This document shows positions 24,326 to 37,460 of a stretch of DNA of 64,000 nt, piece after piece. How positions within the stretch are numbered: position 1 is the first letter of the stretch; every line of letters begins with the position of its first letter. The stretch lies in assembly GCF_009834535.1 (NCBI RefSeq), contig NC_045696.1, positions 72,666,001 to 72,730,000 on the forward strand. Reading direction: 5' to 3'. The DNA comes from Camelus ferus. Lineage: Eukaryota. Under the pieces are notes generated by a model that did not search any database, was not told the DNA's origin, and saw nothing but the letters and a program-made list of their open reading frames with translations. Both the position numbers and the translations under genes were made by a program.

Positions 24326-25864
24326 TTTGCAGATGCTTTTTTGTTTTTGAACTAGACAAAGATGAATCTTCCCCACTGACATATTTTTCTTTAGAAAGAT
24401 AACAGTTCATGCTTTTAACATAAACCTGCATCTGACTTCTGTATAATAATGGGAAAGATAAGGCACTAGAAATCTTTTAGAACGTTTTTAGGTGAGCTCT
24501 GTTAGTCTGTGTGAAAGAAGCAAAAACCTTTTACTATAGACTGAGAAGGAAGAGAAAGGAAAAAACTGGCCCCTTTAAACAATGAGGGATTTTATTTTTT
24601 TGTCGGTATCTTAAAGAGGCTTTTCTTATATAAACAGGAGTATTTGCTGGTCAGTACCCAGATTTTTTTTCTTTTGATGTATATTAAAAAAAAAATTAAA
24701 AGGAATATTCTTAGAAAGACATCTGTGCCTGGGGCGACTCACACTTGACCAATCCCCGTGAACCGAGCTTCTCAGGGGATGTGCAATTATTTGCTCAGTT
24801 CAGCTTAAACTTTTTATTTATCTAATCACCCCCCTGTAATGCTTTGATCTGAACTTCCAAAGCCTATTTTTCAACCACTTTAGTTACATATTTTAAGTTT
24901 TATGGTCTAATCAACACCAGCCCATAAAACATGCGATGTCCTGTTTAATGCATCCTATTAGGAAATCAGCTGCCACATGGATTCTGAAATCTCCCACTTG
25001 GTGACTGGGTGAGCTATTTGGAAGTGTCATTAATGTCATTATTCTGGGAGGGCAGGAGAGAACCAGCAGCCAAGTGTACCCTCTGCGCCCGGCTGGCTTC
25101 CCCTGCTAGCGCTTGCCGAGTGACTCAGAGGTGAATCACTGATTTCTGCAGGTGTATGCTCCCGAGCTCTGGAAGCCTTCCACAGCCCAGCAGGGACAAA
25201 CATTTACTTCACTAGTTCATGGGGTTCCTCAGTAGATCCAGAGAACTTAATTTGACTGTTCAATAGCTTAAAAACATACATATCTGTATGTCTATGTGTC
25301 TATGTATGTATTTTTGTGTATGTATTTATATTTCAGGAGTGCACGGCTACGTAGAAAGTGAAAAATAAAACCTATCACTGAATAATTAGAGAATGTGTTC
25401 ATCTGAAATCTTTGGAAAGAAAATAATTCCTATGTTTGTCATTTTGCTTGAAAAACACATTCTTGGTAGTAGAATTCCTTCCTTTTCTCTCTGGTTGGGC
25501 CACGGAAGGAACTAGGGCCCATGAACACCTGGGAATTAGCAGACTCTTAACTCCTTCCTCGGCCTTGGAGCTTATTTATTTGAGTATCTTCAAACACTCT
25601 AGCCCATCAGAGACGTTTGAAAGAACACTCACATTTTTTCTGAGGAAACAAAAATGTAAATAAAATATAAAGACAAATATACATCTTTACTTGCTAATCG
25701 CTGAACAAACCTTACTTTTATATGGTAGCAGTACCTAATGAAGGCAACAGCCATCAATTAAATAAAGAAACAAGACTGAAGAAGATTGCAGTATAGCCAC
25801 AAATGCATGCATGTGCTAAAAATTGATGGTCATTCATCATGGTCAATGACACAATATAGTACAC

Positions 25865-26120
25865 AATGGTAACAGTTAACATTTGATTTCTTCCTAGGCT
25901 CTAGCACCATTAACATGCTTTACAAATACTGATTCTTTTAATTATCAGAACAACCCTGTAGCGTTGGTACTATCATTGTCTTCGTTTTACAGATGAGAAA
26001 CTCTAGGCAGAGAAATGTTAAGTGACTTGCTTAAGGTCACACAAAGATAATAAATGATGAAGCCAGATTTTAAACCCAGCCAGACAGACCCCAGAGCCTG
26101 CATCATAAAACACCACGCTA
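25865..26120 (-). mobile_element. MIR SINE, near full length
   Basis: TTTTACAGATGAGAAACTCTAGGCAGAGAAATGTTAAGTGACTTGCTTAAGGTCACACA. Confidence 0.85.
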
Positions 26121-26282
26121 TTACAGCCTAATAACAGATTTTTTAAAAAAACAAACACAGCAGAATCTGTTCATCCAAATGAATCCTGCCCACTCCAAAG
26201 TAGTCACCTATGTACACTCTATACTTATTCCAAGCATTGCCATGGTTCAACAAATCTAGAACTTTCTCTCTCTTTTTTAAAA

Positions 26283-26349
26283 TTTTCTTTCTTTGTTTCT
26301 TTCCTTCTTTCTTTTCCTTCTTTTCTTTCTTTCTTTCTTTCTTTCTTTC

Positions 26350-26396
<47 letters not shown>

Positions 26397-26401
26397 TCCT
26401 C

Positions 26402-26470
<69 letters not shown>

Positions 26471-26538
26471 TTCTCTTCCTTCCTTCCTTCCTTCCTTCCT
26501 TCCTTCCTTCCTTCCTTCCTTCCTTCCTTCCTTTTCCT
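26283..26538. repeat. Compound (TTTC)n-(TTCC)n tetranucleotide microsatellite
   Basis: About 250-bp near-pure polypyrimidine tract read directly. Confidence 0.97.
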
Positions 26539-27099
26539 CAGAGACTAGGGTTTGTTGTTCTAAATATCACCAATAAAAGCTTTACTCATTGAGGCTGGAT
26601 TTGATTTTTTGTAAAGTCAAAAGTAATTCAGAACCGAGGTTGGTGAAAAGAGAAGGAATCAAGCTTGGTAAAATCGCTACACCTAAAGTTGTCTGTAAAG
26701 CTAATTTGCAAACACGTTCTAAAATTCCAAAAATGTTTTGCGTGATGGCAGCATCATTAAAATAAATGTATAGACTTGCCAAGGTCATTCTGGAGCACAT
26801 TAGACAGAGAGCAGTGACAGTGATGTGTCTGATACAGAGATTCATTCTCTAAACATAGGGAACCACACTGTTAGGTCACAGCTCGCTAGATGCTGTTTGG
26901 CCCCCTGACCTGGCAGGCAGGACACCTGTGACTCTTCTGTGTATCCAAATTTATATAAGAGCAACATCTAAATATATGTACATATAATTTTAAATGAAAT
27001 ATTAATTTATGTATCTCTCCTATATAAATATATATATAGTCAAGATCCTGCCGAGAAAGAGATGGTGACTCAAAATGGGTAAATAAAGGAACAATTTAC

Positions 27100-27390
27100 A
27101 GCATCAGGAAAAACTATGGAAATCTGAATAGAGTGTGTTTAGTTTATAATAATATAGAAGTATATAAATATAAATAATGTGTAATCGTGTTCATAATAAT
27201 GTATCCCTGTTGGCTCATCAGTTGTGACAACTGTACCATGCAAATGTAAGATGTGAGTGATAAGGAACAATAAGAGTAGGAACAATAAATACCCTGGGGG
27301 CAGCGTATATGGGAACTGGTTGTACTAGCCTCACAGTTTTTGTGTAGATCTGAAAATATTTTAAAATGAGAATTTTACTTGAGAAATAAA
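27100..27390 (+). mobile_element. Old L1 3' UTR fragment (L1MC/MD-like)
   Basis: GGAAATCTGAATAGAG...GTTGTGACAACTGTACCATGCAAATGTAAGATG...TATATGGGAACT...GTAGATCTGAAAATATTTTAAAAT. Confidence 0.7.
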
Positions 27391-28855
27391 AGCCTAGTGC
27401 TTATTCTTTACTCGGAGAAGAACGAGGTGGAGGAGGAGGGAGAGGAGGGGCAGGGGAAGACGTCTGCGTCTTCGTGCTTCCTTCACGACTCATGCTGTGT
27501 GGATGCCCAGCCAGCAGAGTGGCGGGCAGGAGGGCTTGCCACTTCCTGACTGGGCGCCTTACGCGAATTTCATAAATGTGTCACCTTATGATGTGAAGTG
27601 TTATGTTAGATGACTGAACTTTAAGTTTTCTGAGGCCATAGGGCACCAAATGGTAATCATTTAATGCGAAGGACATCAATAATATTTCTCTTAAAAAATC
27701 AACTCCCCTTCCCTTAAAAAAAAATGCAAAAAAAAAAAGTGACATACCCAGTAAAAATAAAATGAGGCACTTGAGTCAGTATCATAGCAATAAAAAGTTA
27801 ACATTATATCTGATTTTAACAATAGAAATAAATTCTACTCCAAAAGCTAGTTCTTTACACTGAAAATTTACCAGAAGAGTATTGTTTTAGAAGTAAACTG
27901 TCTCTAGTGATGCCAGCCACTCACATCTCTAAAATATACAAGGACACATGTGTGCACATCAATAAACAGCACAGCACAAAGCGCATACTGTGCACGAGCT
28001 GTGTGCACAGGGGCACAGGAGGGCTGGTGCTCAGGCCTTTGGCCCCCATCACAGCCCCAGAGGTCCAGTGAAGGGACCTTATATTTAATTATATGTTGTA
28101 TTGAGCTCAAGTCTCTCTTGGGGCTGAGAAGCACGAGCTCACTTGGAGGGTCTAAGGCAGAGGGAGTGCCTGGTACCCAACAACCTTGCCTGCACAGGAC
28201 AAAGTCTCTGACGTGGACAAAGCTGCTCTGTAAAGCCGGCCAGACCCTCTTAGGTCCGCTTATTCCCAGCCTGCCTGCCCTGCTCCGTCCTTTGGCATGG
28301 TGGGCCGTGTCTCGGTGTGAGTGGTGTGCGCTGTGGAGGTGCAGCCCTGGCAGTGAGCCTCCGTCTGTTCCAGTGTAGGAGATCTTGTTTTTTCTCCCAG
28401 AAACACTAGTGAGGAGGGAAGAGAGGCAGTGGGGTGGAGTGAGATGAGTGAGCACTTTGCAGCCTGCAGAACTGCGTTTGGATCTGCCTCCACCCTTGGC
28501 TGCCATGTACCCTTGGATGTCCCTGAATGTCTGTTTTCTCAGAAATAGGGATGTGAACCAGAGAAGATGCCTATGAACTGTCTGATACATGATGAGAAGT
28601 CACCAGATGGGAGTTATTACTGGAAGCTACAGACGTGGCCTCTTGTACGAGGCCAGGAGTGACAGCATTTTTCTTTCCATGGCCACTTATTTGCCACAGA
28701 GGAACTTGCGGCACGTTTCTGTTAGGTATTTAGCATTTCATTTTTCTGTGGCTTCTTCCTCTTACTAGGCTGAATCTGAGGATCCTTTGAATCTCATACA
28801 GCTGTTTAGAAGAGGTGCACAAGGAGTATACTAGGCAATATTTGTTTTTTTTTTT

Positions 28856-28946
28856 AAATAGAGAATGCTTCATGAATTTGCATGTCATCCTTGAGCAGGG
28901 GCTATGCTAATCATCTCTGTATCGTTCCAACCGCCAAAGCGAGCAC
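28856..28946 (-). pseudogene. RNU6: Processed U6 snRNA pseudogene with poly(A) tail and TSD
   Basis: Minus strand reads GTGCTCGCTTTGGCGG-TTGGAACGATACAGAGATGATTAGCATAGCCCCTGCTCAAGGATGACATGCAAATTCATGAAGCATTCTCTATTT, then A11 (28855-28845). TSD CAATATTTGTT at 28836-28846 and 28947-28957. Confidence 0.95.
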
Positions 28947-29739
28947 CAATATTTGTTCAGTGAGTGAATCAACCAACTTTTTGAAGGTCCTTCCGTAGCA
29001 CGTGAACACGTGAATGCAGACATATGCGTGTATATGCACGAGTGCACAGACAGATCGGCGTCCCCGGCGTCCTTCCACACACACACACAGGCAGCTCAGC
29101 AGACACCTCCCTGTGAAAGCAACACAGGCATATGCCTGACTCAGGGAGCTGAGCCTCAAGTCCTATGGATTTCAAACGGTTCTTTGCACTAACTTAAATC
29201 ACTTTTTAAAATGTGTGAGTGAATGGATGCTCTGAAACTGGATATTAAAGCATTCTACAAAAAAGTGCCAAAGAATAGCTACATCTATTCATGAACAAAT
29301 TTCCAACATTAAGTAGGCTTTTGAAGTTTTAGGGGAACATTGTTTCCAGTGCCTCCTTCAAACATGAAAGCAAAGATGTGCCAAATTCTGAAGTACTCTT
29401 CCTCCTTCTACTAATGGGAATTCAGTTCTGTCAAGATAATGCTATTCTAATTGCTCACCAAAAATAATGGCCACATCCTATTTATGATTAGTTCTTTGGA
29501 ATTCTAAAGAGTCCGTTCTAAAATATTAGGCTCACATTACATTTCCCAGCACTGACTTGATCAGCATTTTTCTTTTTTCACTTTCGAAACATTTTCTCTG
29601 GGTGTGACAAGGATGTACATGGTGAAATGTGTCTCCAACCCACCTCTAATGCCCAGAAAATTCACCCAAAGGCATGTATGTGAAACACCAAGGACACAGA
29701 ACTGTAGAGTTTAAAAGAAAGAACAAAAGCAAAGACCAC

Positions 29740-29930
29740 TGACTTTGTAACCTACACCTGACTTCACTGCTTACAAGCTGTGTGACCTTGATAAAGTTAT
29801 TAATTTCTCTGTCTTATTTCCTGAATAGTAAAATGTCAGGGAAAATACCCACCTCCCATGGGGTCATTAAGTGTTTTAAATGAGATAATAGATAGAAAGT
29901 ATCTGGCACAGAGTTGGAACAGTAGGACAT
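29740..29930 (+). mobile_element. MIR SINE
   Basis: CACTGCTTACAAGCTGTGTGACCTTGATAAAGTTATTAATTTCTCTG...TTAAATGAGATAAT. Confidence 0.8.
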
Positions 29931-31504
29931 AAAAACTTTGGGTTTCAAAAATGGAGAATTAAAGACCAAAAAACGTTTATAAGAAAGAGCCTTTTCTACC
30001 CTGAAGAACCTAGTTTCCTGCAATGGGTGTTGAAGTCCGAGCTTCACTGACCATTGACTTCCACAGTCTCCCTGAGTCCCCTGAGTCACGAGAGATGAAA
30101 GGTCTGAGAGTGTCGTGGTGACCATCCAGCAGTGCCGAGATGTGGTGCAGAGCTGTGGTCTGCTCAGGAAGGTCCTCCCTGAAAATGGCATTTGCCAGGC
30201 TTTGACAACCCAGAATTCCTGCGTCAGCGATGTCCTTGCTCTGGGTCAGAGATATAACAGTACGCGTTACAATCGCAATCGTTTTCATGGTACATTGCAC
30301 CCGCCGCCATCTGTGTTTACCTAGCACTGTGCCCAGCACAGAACAAGTCTGCACTAAAGGTTTGCTGAGGCAAGGAGCAACTAGAGAAACGAATGGAGGT
30401 ACTCTCACTCCTGTTCCCTCTTTGTCATTCTCCATGCTTAGTTCTCCACCTGTCCCACCTGCCTCATGCAGGTCATCAGTCCTGTCTTTTACCTGTCTCT
30501 TGGCAACACTCCTCTCCTCCAGGAAGCCTCCCTTGATCTGTCATACCCCCAACTCCCGCCACAGGGTTTACTGCTTGATCTTTCTTCAGAGCTCAGAGTC
30601 TGGTGTTTGGATAATGATTTGCACCTGAGCTGTTCCATGTTTTTATTTATCTTCTTATCAACCCCTTCTAGGGCAGGAATTGTCCATAACAGCTTGAAAA
30701 ATTTTTTTTCATGAGTTTTTAGTATATTTAGGTAGGAGCCAATAAGACAACAGGCTCTATTTGTATAAAGTAAAATTAAACCGTGGTTCTACCCTCAGAA
30801 AGTTCCCTTGGCAGGGAAGGTAAGACCTGAAGCTGCAGAGGAGGAAGTGAAGGGTGCTGAGAGATGGATGTGGATGAAAGGATGACGGGAGGAAGGGACG
30901 TTTCCATCACATTTCTTGGATGTCATAATCAGGGTGGATTGCTGGAGGAGGCGCCATTTGAGTCAGGAGAAGCACTCCTGGCTGAGTAGAAAACACGTGC
31001 AAAGGCATGGAGGAGGGAGGGTGGCAGGTGTGTGTGGTGAATACGTGTATCACACTTTACAATTTTCAAAGGGCTTCACACTCTTTCTCTCATTTGTTCT
31101 GTACAACAGCCGGTGAGGAGGTTGGGGCAGAGGTTCCCTGGCTACATCCACAGGGGTGCAGAGAGGCTAAGCCACTCGCCCAAACTGGCATTGAACTAGG
31201 ATCTGACTGTCAGAGGAAGTGAGGTCTGACTCCAGGTCCACAGATAAAAACTGTCTCTGTGGATAGAGCAATGGCCCCAATGGCAATCAGTCATTCCTGC
31301 TAATTGATGACCGATGGCTTGGATGGGGGCAAATGATGCACCCCTTGCTTCTGGGAGGCAGAAATCCAAGAGGCTTGGTGCGTACCTGGAAGAACCCTGA
31401 AAACACTGGGGTGGACGTGGATCCCAGACACTCCTCTGGGCTCACTCTGAACAATGGACGACTGTGTGAGATGTGTGACAGCACAGGGGAGGCGAGGCCT
31501 CGGA

Positions 31505-31740
31505 ATATTGATGGGGATCAGCATCGCTGAGCCCTTACTCTGAGCTGGCGCTGCATTCTGTGTATTACCTCGATTATCTCATCTGATCCTCACAACAAAC
31601 CTATGAAGTTGGTTCTCATCCCACCTTTAGAGGTTGGGGAAATCAAGGCCTCGAAAAATGAGGAAACATTTCTCAGGTTCTCAGCTGGTGAGGGGTGGAG
31701 TCAGGATTCAGACACAACAGTAACTGACTGCCCTCTGAAC
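31505..31740 (-). mobile_element. MIR SINE
   Basis: ATCTCATCTGATCCTCACAACAAACCTATGAAGTTGG...GGAGTCAGGATTCAGACAC. Confidence 0.75.
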
Positions 31741-31748
31741 CAGTGAGC

Positions 31749-32216
31749 CAGAGGTTCTTTACCACTTGTGTGCCATGGACCTCTTTGGCTATCTGAAAAA
31801 GCCCATGGACCCCCTCTGAGAAAAATCCTTTTAAATGGATAAAATAAGACGAGCAGTTTACAACAAAAACCAATTATATGAAATTTTAATTACCAAAATA
31901 CTAAAAAGCAAATTTTGTATATAGCAGTATAAGTGCTTTGTTGATTGGTTAAATAAGATTTGGTGGCAGGTTATGACTTGAAGTCCTGCTGAATGTAAAC
32001 GATATTCTGAGATAAAGCAACAACTGTAACAGAATATCTGCGATTTCTGCTGCTGACAAAATCAGAGATACCAAAATATGACTGTTTGTTCCACACAAAA
32101 TGGAAGAAAATGCTAAATTTCAGTTAAAAGCTGGTGAAAATTAAAAGGTAGTTGTTTCCATTCCAGTTTATAAACTGCCTGAATCCTCTTCAGTAACCCT
32201 AGGCTAGAAACTCCAG
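31749..32216 (+). mobile_element. MER119-like hAT-Charlie DNA transposon
   Basis: Start CAGAGGTTCTTTACCACTTGTGTGCCATGGACCTCTTTGGCTATCTGAAAAAGCCCATGGACCCC matches the recalled MER119 5' end; internal GAAAATGCTAAATTTCAGTTA. Confidence 0.75.
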
Positions 32217-32679
32217 GGCCAGCCTACGCTGTGGTCAGGATCTTGACGGGCAGAGTCCTTGCAGTCTCACTCCACCTCCTTGATTGGTGATGGGTGCTTT
32301 ACAACCCCCTGGGAAGGAGTGATGCCTGGGGCGAGCAGGCCCCTCTCCAGGGGCAGGGAACTGTTCCGGTGGGGCTGGCTGGGCTAGAAGTGGATCAGAG
32401 GGCTGCAAAGGTAAACACAGGAAAGAGATGGGGCCGAGGGAGGGGGCGTCTCAGTGATGGAAGGTGGATGGTGCAGGGGCAGGGGGAGGAAGGTCAGAGG
32501 CTCTACCCAGAATCCTTCACATCCAGAGTAGCTGTTCCCTGAGGGGGTGAGAGCTCAGAGGAGGTGAGCTGGAGAGCGGGGGAGAAGTGGGAGTCAGGAC
32601 ACTTTCCTTTTCCTCCTCTGTAGACAACATGGAAGAATAGAGATAGGAAGTAAGATCAAATTGGCCCAATCCTGTTGTC

Positions 32680-32850
32680 CTCACTTTCCAGCCCTATGGT
32701 CTTAGGTCAGTGACATTCCCTCTCTGAGGTCCCATTGCCTTATCAGTATGGGAGGAACTGAACCATTGAACTCACAGGCCATTTGAAGGGTTGACCCACT
32801 GATTAGCACTTCGAAGGGTTCCTGGCACATGGTTGCTGCTCAATAAAACT
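32680..32850 (+). mobile_element. MIR SINE (degenerate)
   Basis: TATGGTCTTAGGTCAGTGACATTCCCTCTCTGAGG...CCTGGCACATGGTTGCTGCTCAATAAA. Confidence 0.6.
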
Positions 32851-35800
32851 AGCTTGAACTGAGATTGCTGTTTTTGAAGGTCAAGAATATTGGAATTGAG
32901 TAGTTTCATGTGGTTCCAGTGGTAGTTCCTGGCAAACATGGGGAGTGACTGTGAGCATACACAGTTCTGTTTGGTAGAGTCAGTTGGATCTGGGATTGAA
33001 AGAATCCGATCACCTATACTCCCACTCCATCTCCTTTGGGGTGTGGGGTATTATTAACAACTTCCTTCCTCACCTTCATCCCGTGATCCAGAGTAAATTC
33101 TGGAATGGGGTGCTGGGGCAGCATTCTCTCTGACATTCCAGGGAGTGGTAAATCACAAATCACAGTGTGGCACAGCATGTGGACTCCTGTGACCTGTCAG
33201 CACGTGAGACAGACGGAGGAGGAGAAAGGACTTTACATTCCTGGGACTAGCTCTCCTGTTTTTCTGGTATGAGCAAAAAAGCCCAGAGTGGGGAACTGGA
33301 AAACCTGTGGGCTGGACCTGGGTTCTAACCCATATACTGTACTTAACACTTAATTGCTTGTATGAGTTGGACCCATCACAGCCACCCTGAACCTCGGTCT
33401 CCTCGTCTCTAAGAAGAGGATATCAGACTAGAGCATCTCCAAGATCCCGTCCATGAGTCACCTTGACCTTGGAGACTTTGGTTCGCTCCTCGGCACTGCA
33501 CTAGGATGCCACATGTTCCTCGCAGGGCTCAGTTTAGGGATCCGCACAGCAGTGTAGCCATAACTCACCCAGTACAGTGCGGCTTAGGGAGCCCAAGTTT
33601 GGAGATGCATCGGCAGAACTGGGCAGATGTCTGGAGAGCCGTATGGAGGGGCCTTGCCATGAAGCAAAATGAGAGTCCATAGAAGCATCCGAGGTGAGGC
33701 AGAGGAATGACTATTTAGATTTTGGGGGTCTTTTGTGTGTTTGTTTTTTGTTTGTTTGTTTAAACTATTTAGGTTTGTTTCACACTGTAGTCTTTTTAAA
33801 AGCTTATTTCATATTAAATTATAAGAACCTCATGGAAAAGTAATTACAAGCTTTTTTTTTTTTTTGTCAGCCCTTGGGGCACAGAAGCACTAAGGCTTAC
33901 TACATCTAAAAATATCTTATTTTTCTACAGCTTGATTGAAACTGATGTAGGTGTGCTTGGCATTTGACTTACGGAGGTCGTGCCTTTTTTTCTTCTTCTA
34001 ATAATACTGTTTGGCAGCTTTTCACTCTATCTTACCACCGATCTTTGCCAAAACTTGAATTTACTTCCGTCAGATTAACTGTCTCCAAAAACAAACTGGC
34101 ATTTCTTCTAAGGGCTCCGATTAAAAGGATAAGCTTGAGTGACACTCCCTTAAATGGCTGGATGTTCTCACAGGGCTAGGAAATCAGAATTGGAAAAGGA
34201 GCAGGGCTGAATTTAGTCACATGGGTGTTTGGACAGTGAGAGGGGCTGCCGTTTCACTCTGCTGTGTTCAGAAACAATGAGTGAATTATGATTTTGAATA
34301 CATACCTCCCCAAAAACTGTGAGAAAAAAAAATCCACTGCTTTGTTCTAGGTCCCAACTCTCCAGCTCTTTGTTTGAAATACCACTTTCCATAATTTTAC
34401 TGATCAAGTTATGTTAGCTTCCCCAGAGCACCAACGAAATAGAGGCCTCTTCGAGTTGCACAGCTGAATGCATATGGAATTTGAATGAGTCAACCATGTA
34501 TGGGCCAAAGAACTTTCTTTCTTTAACATTCCAGTAGACAGAGAGGGAGGTCCAGGAAGGGCAGAAAAGCAAGAAGACATGAAGGAAACATTTGCTTGTT
34601 TTTCCCTCTCATGTCTATAATTTGATCCCTCAAGAATTAGAGTCAGGGTCAAACTAATTTTCCAAGCAAGTATTTTTTGTTTGTTTATTATTATTATTTT
34701 AAAGGTACGTATGTTGAGGGAAAAATATGGAGGAGATAGGAAAGAAACAGGGTTGCCAATTCTCTTAACAGGTTACAAATTTGAATGACTAACAAGCAAA
34801 AACTTCAAAGAAAATAACATTTCAAGAATTGAGTTAAAATGTGGCCCTTGAACATTTCTCTCTCTCCCTCTTTCTTACAAGTCTGTCTCCCTCAAAGTAA
34901 CAGTACCTTGAAGGAAAGAACTCTGTGAAAAACCTATGGAAAACCTTTTGTTAGGTGTGAATACTACGCTAAATTCTCTAATCCTGTTCTGATACCAACC
35001 ATCCAAAAATGGAGGACAAAATAACTATTATTGTTTTTGCTTTTTCCCCCCTTTTATTACTCAGCCTGAGAAGATGTAGGATCAGTAATTAATAGTTTTG
35101 ATTAATTCTGAGAAAAAAAAAAAAACACTTTGCTTGGATTGCTATACATACTTAAACTTTTTTATTGCCCAAATCCAAATTTCTCTGAGTTAGAACCTAT
35201 TTGGCTTATCCAACCATGGTTAGACTTTTATTTTATATTATCCATCATTTCGAATCCTGAAAATGAGACTGCTATTACTTCTCTGGACAAGTTATACTGA
35301 GCAGAAGTTGGAAATGAGTGGTCACCGGTCTCAAGCCTATTGAGTTACTAAGATTTCTTCTGTTCTCTCGAAGGAGGAGGAACAGCAGGGCTACCTGTGG
35401 GCCGCTAGGTAACTCCTCAGGTGCCTTCAGTTATGGCAAAAATACCCGATCTAGAATGGGATTGTTCATAAAGACCTGGGATAAACTGAAACGAATTAAA
35501 ACATATATCTTAGTTCCCACTGACACTCATTTCAGTAGAATCCCATTAGTTTATTAGATTGACAGCCAATCATGACTAGAGCTGTTCTTGGGATTTCATA
35601 CACATGTTTGTATTCAATCCTGGAAACAAGTGGTTGCCAGACTTCTTTGATCATGCACCCTGAAAGTATCAATTTGGAACATGTACCTTAAAATATGCAT
35701 ATTCACTGACTTATTATACACCTTTACTGCACTACTACTGCATAAGATGTTATGAAATGTGCACAAAAATTGGAATTTTAAAAGAATCAGATGAATATGA

Positions 35801-36199
35801 AACAAACATTATTTCAAATAATTACTTTAGTTCTTAAAGGCATAATAATATTTTGCTATCTAAAAATATTTATAATAACATTTTAATGCAAACAACATAA
35901 TTGAACATGTTTCATGGTCCATGAAAAATCTTGACTTAGTTTATGTTTCAGAGGCTTGGCTCTAAGTTCACCTTATTTTTATGCTTGTTATTATATTAAT
36001 GGTGTCAAAGCTTAAGTAGATCGTCATTGTCCTTAGCTCAGTGTGGCTATCAGTGAGCTCTGCTGGGGCAGGAGAAGTGTCAGCTTTGCCATTTCTTGTT
36101 CATCTGTATTCACATTATTAATATTAGTTTCAATATATGGTTTCATTGTAGGGATCTTTTAAAATCATTAATCCATTTTATGAGGGACACTGTGGTTAA

Positions 36200-36566
36200 A
36201 ACTAGATAATGTGATCCACAATTCCCTTTAGCCGAGCATGTGAAGATTGTACTGCCTGACGGTGTGCCGAACACCACCTAACAGATGAGGGTGTCCAGGC
36301 AGCCCCCTGGGATGTGGTCTTTCTGTCAGGATCCCTCCTCAGCTGTGTGAGGCCTACGGCCATCTGACACGTGGGACAAGCAATGGCCTCAGGGTCAAGC
36401 CACGCATCAAGAATTGAAGTCAGCATATATATAAGTCAGTTGTATATAAATAAATACATTGTATATGAAATTATAATGCATGACACACACACATATAGAA
36501 TAAAAGTGCACCAATTTTTTTCTTTCATTCACTAGGATGAGCATATCTGATTTTGGAGGCCACTTC
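36200..36566 (-). mobile_element. Possible MER113-like hAT-Charlie fragment
   Basis: The end GATTTTGGAGGCCACT resembles the reverse of the CAGTGGTCTCCAAA terminus. Internal similarity is recalled and weak. Confidence 0.4.
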
Positions 36567-37139
36567 TATAAAGATAAAATACACAATGTTATCTGTATTT
36601 TACTGATGAGGAAAATTAAGTTTCTGAGAGTCACAGTCAGTAATTTTCCCTTTTTCTGCAGCCTATGTTTTCCCATAACTACCAGCAGAAAAATAAAATA
36701 AAAACAATCAAGTAGTTTAGTCACCACTGTTTTGTTTTATTTTTAAATCTCGTTCTTTAAGACTCTTGCTTTGAGGGGAAATGTGTTTTCACTTGGTACG
36801 ATTTGGGGGAATAGCTTCTAAACCAATTACTAATAACAATCAGTAAAACTGAGTGGGACCTAAACTAGAAATCAGTTCAATGGTCCCTGATATGAAAATA
36901 ATCAGTGTTCCGTTATTTCTATTATCTGGGTTATTCTAACCATCCCTCTCTTTTTTTCCCTTCCCATCCATCAGTTCTGTATCCAGATCATCCTTCTCAT
37001 TAGCATATCTGCCAACCAGGGGTCAGTTTCATTATTGGCACAGACTCAGAATTTTCATGTCTACATGTAAATAAAGCAACTTCAGTGAAATTAAAGAATG
37101 ATTTTAAATCTTTCTTGAAAATATGACTCAAACTCAAAT

Positions 37140-37460
37140 TAGTTATTTTATATGAAAATTTTTATATTATGAAAATAATATATACTTGGTATGTATAAAA
37201 TTTGGAGAATATAGAAAAAGGAGAAGAAGGATTCCTCATAACTTTGTCATTCCTGGATAATCAAAGTTAACATCTTGGTATATAATCTTCTAATATTTTC
37301 CTTATTTTTCTTTCACATAGTTGTAATCATATTGCACATGTAATTTTGTACCCTGCTTTTTTTTTTTTTGCTTTAACTAATACAATAAGAATCATACATG
37401 TTTACAAATTCTTGTTATAAGTATTTCCTAAGGGTAAGTTTCTGTGGAGGCAGAATAATC
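37140..37460 (-). mobile_element. Old L1ME-like 3' UTR fragment
   Basis: AAAATTTGGAGAATATAGAAAAAG...GTTAACATCTTGGTATATA...AATTTTGTACCCTGCTTTTT. Confidence 0.6.

Noticed and set aside
26210..26592. F/L/S-rich 112-aa and 99-aa ORFs
   Set aside because: Translation of the (TTTC)n/(TTCC)n microsatellite.
27904..28590. 228-aa minus-strand ORF
   Set aside because: No recognisable domain, overlapped by opposite-strand ORFs, and no exon context; consistent with a chance frame in GC-richer DNA.
28856..28946. Functional U6 snRNA gene
   Set aside because: Internal deletion, CpG-type substitutions, poly(A) and TSD, and no evident upstream PSE/TATA.
33563..33720. Minus-strand donor TGG|GTGAGT at 33568 in a CpG patch
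   Set aside because: No convincing polypyrimidine acceptor or promoter upstream.
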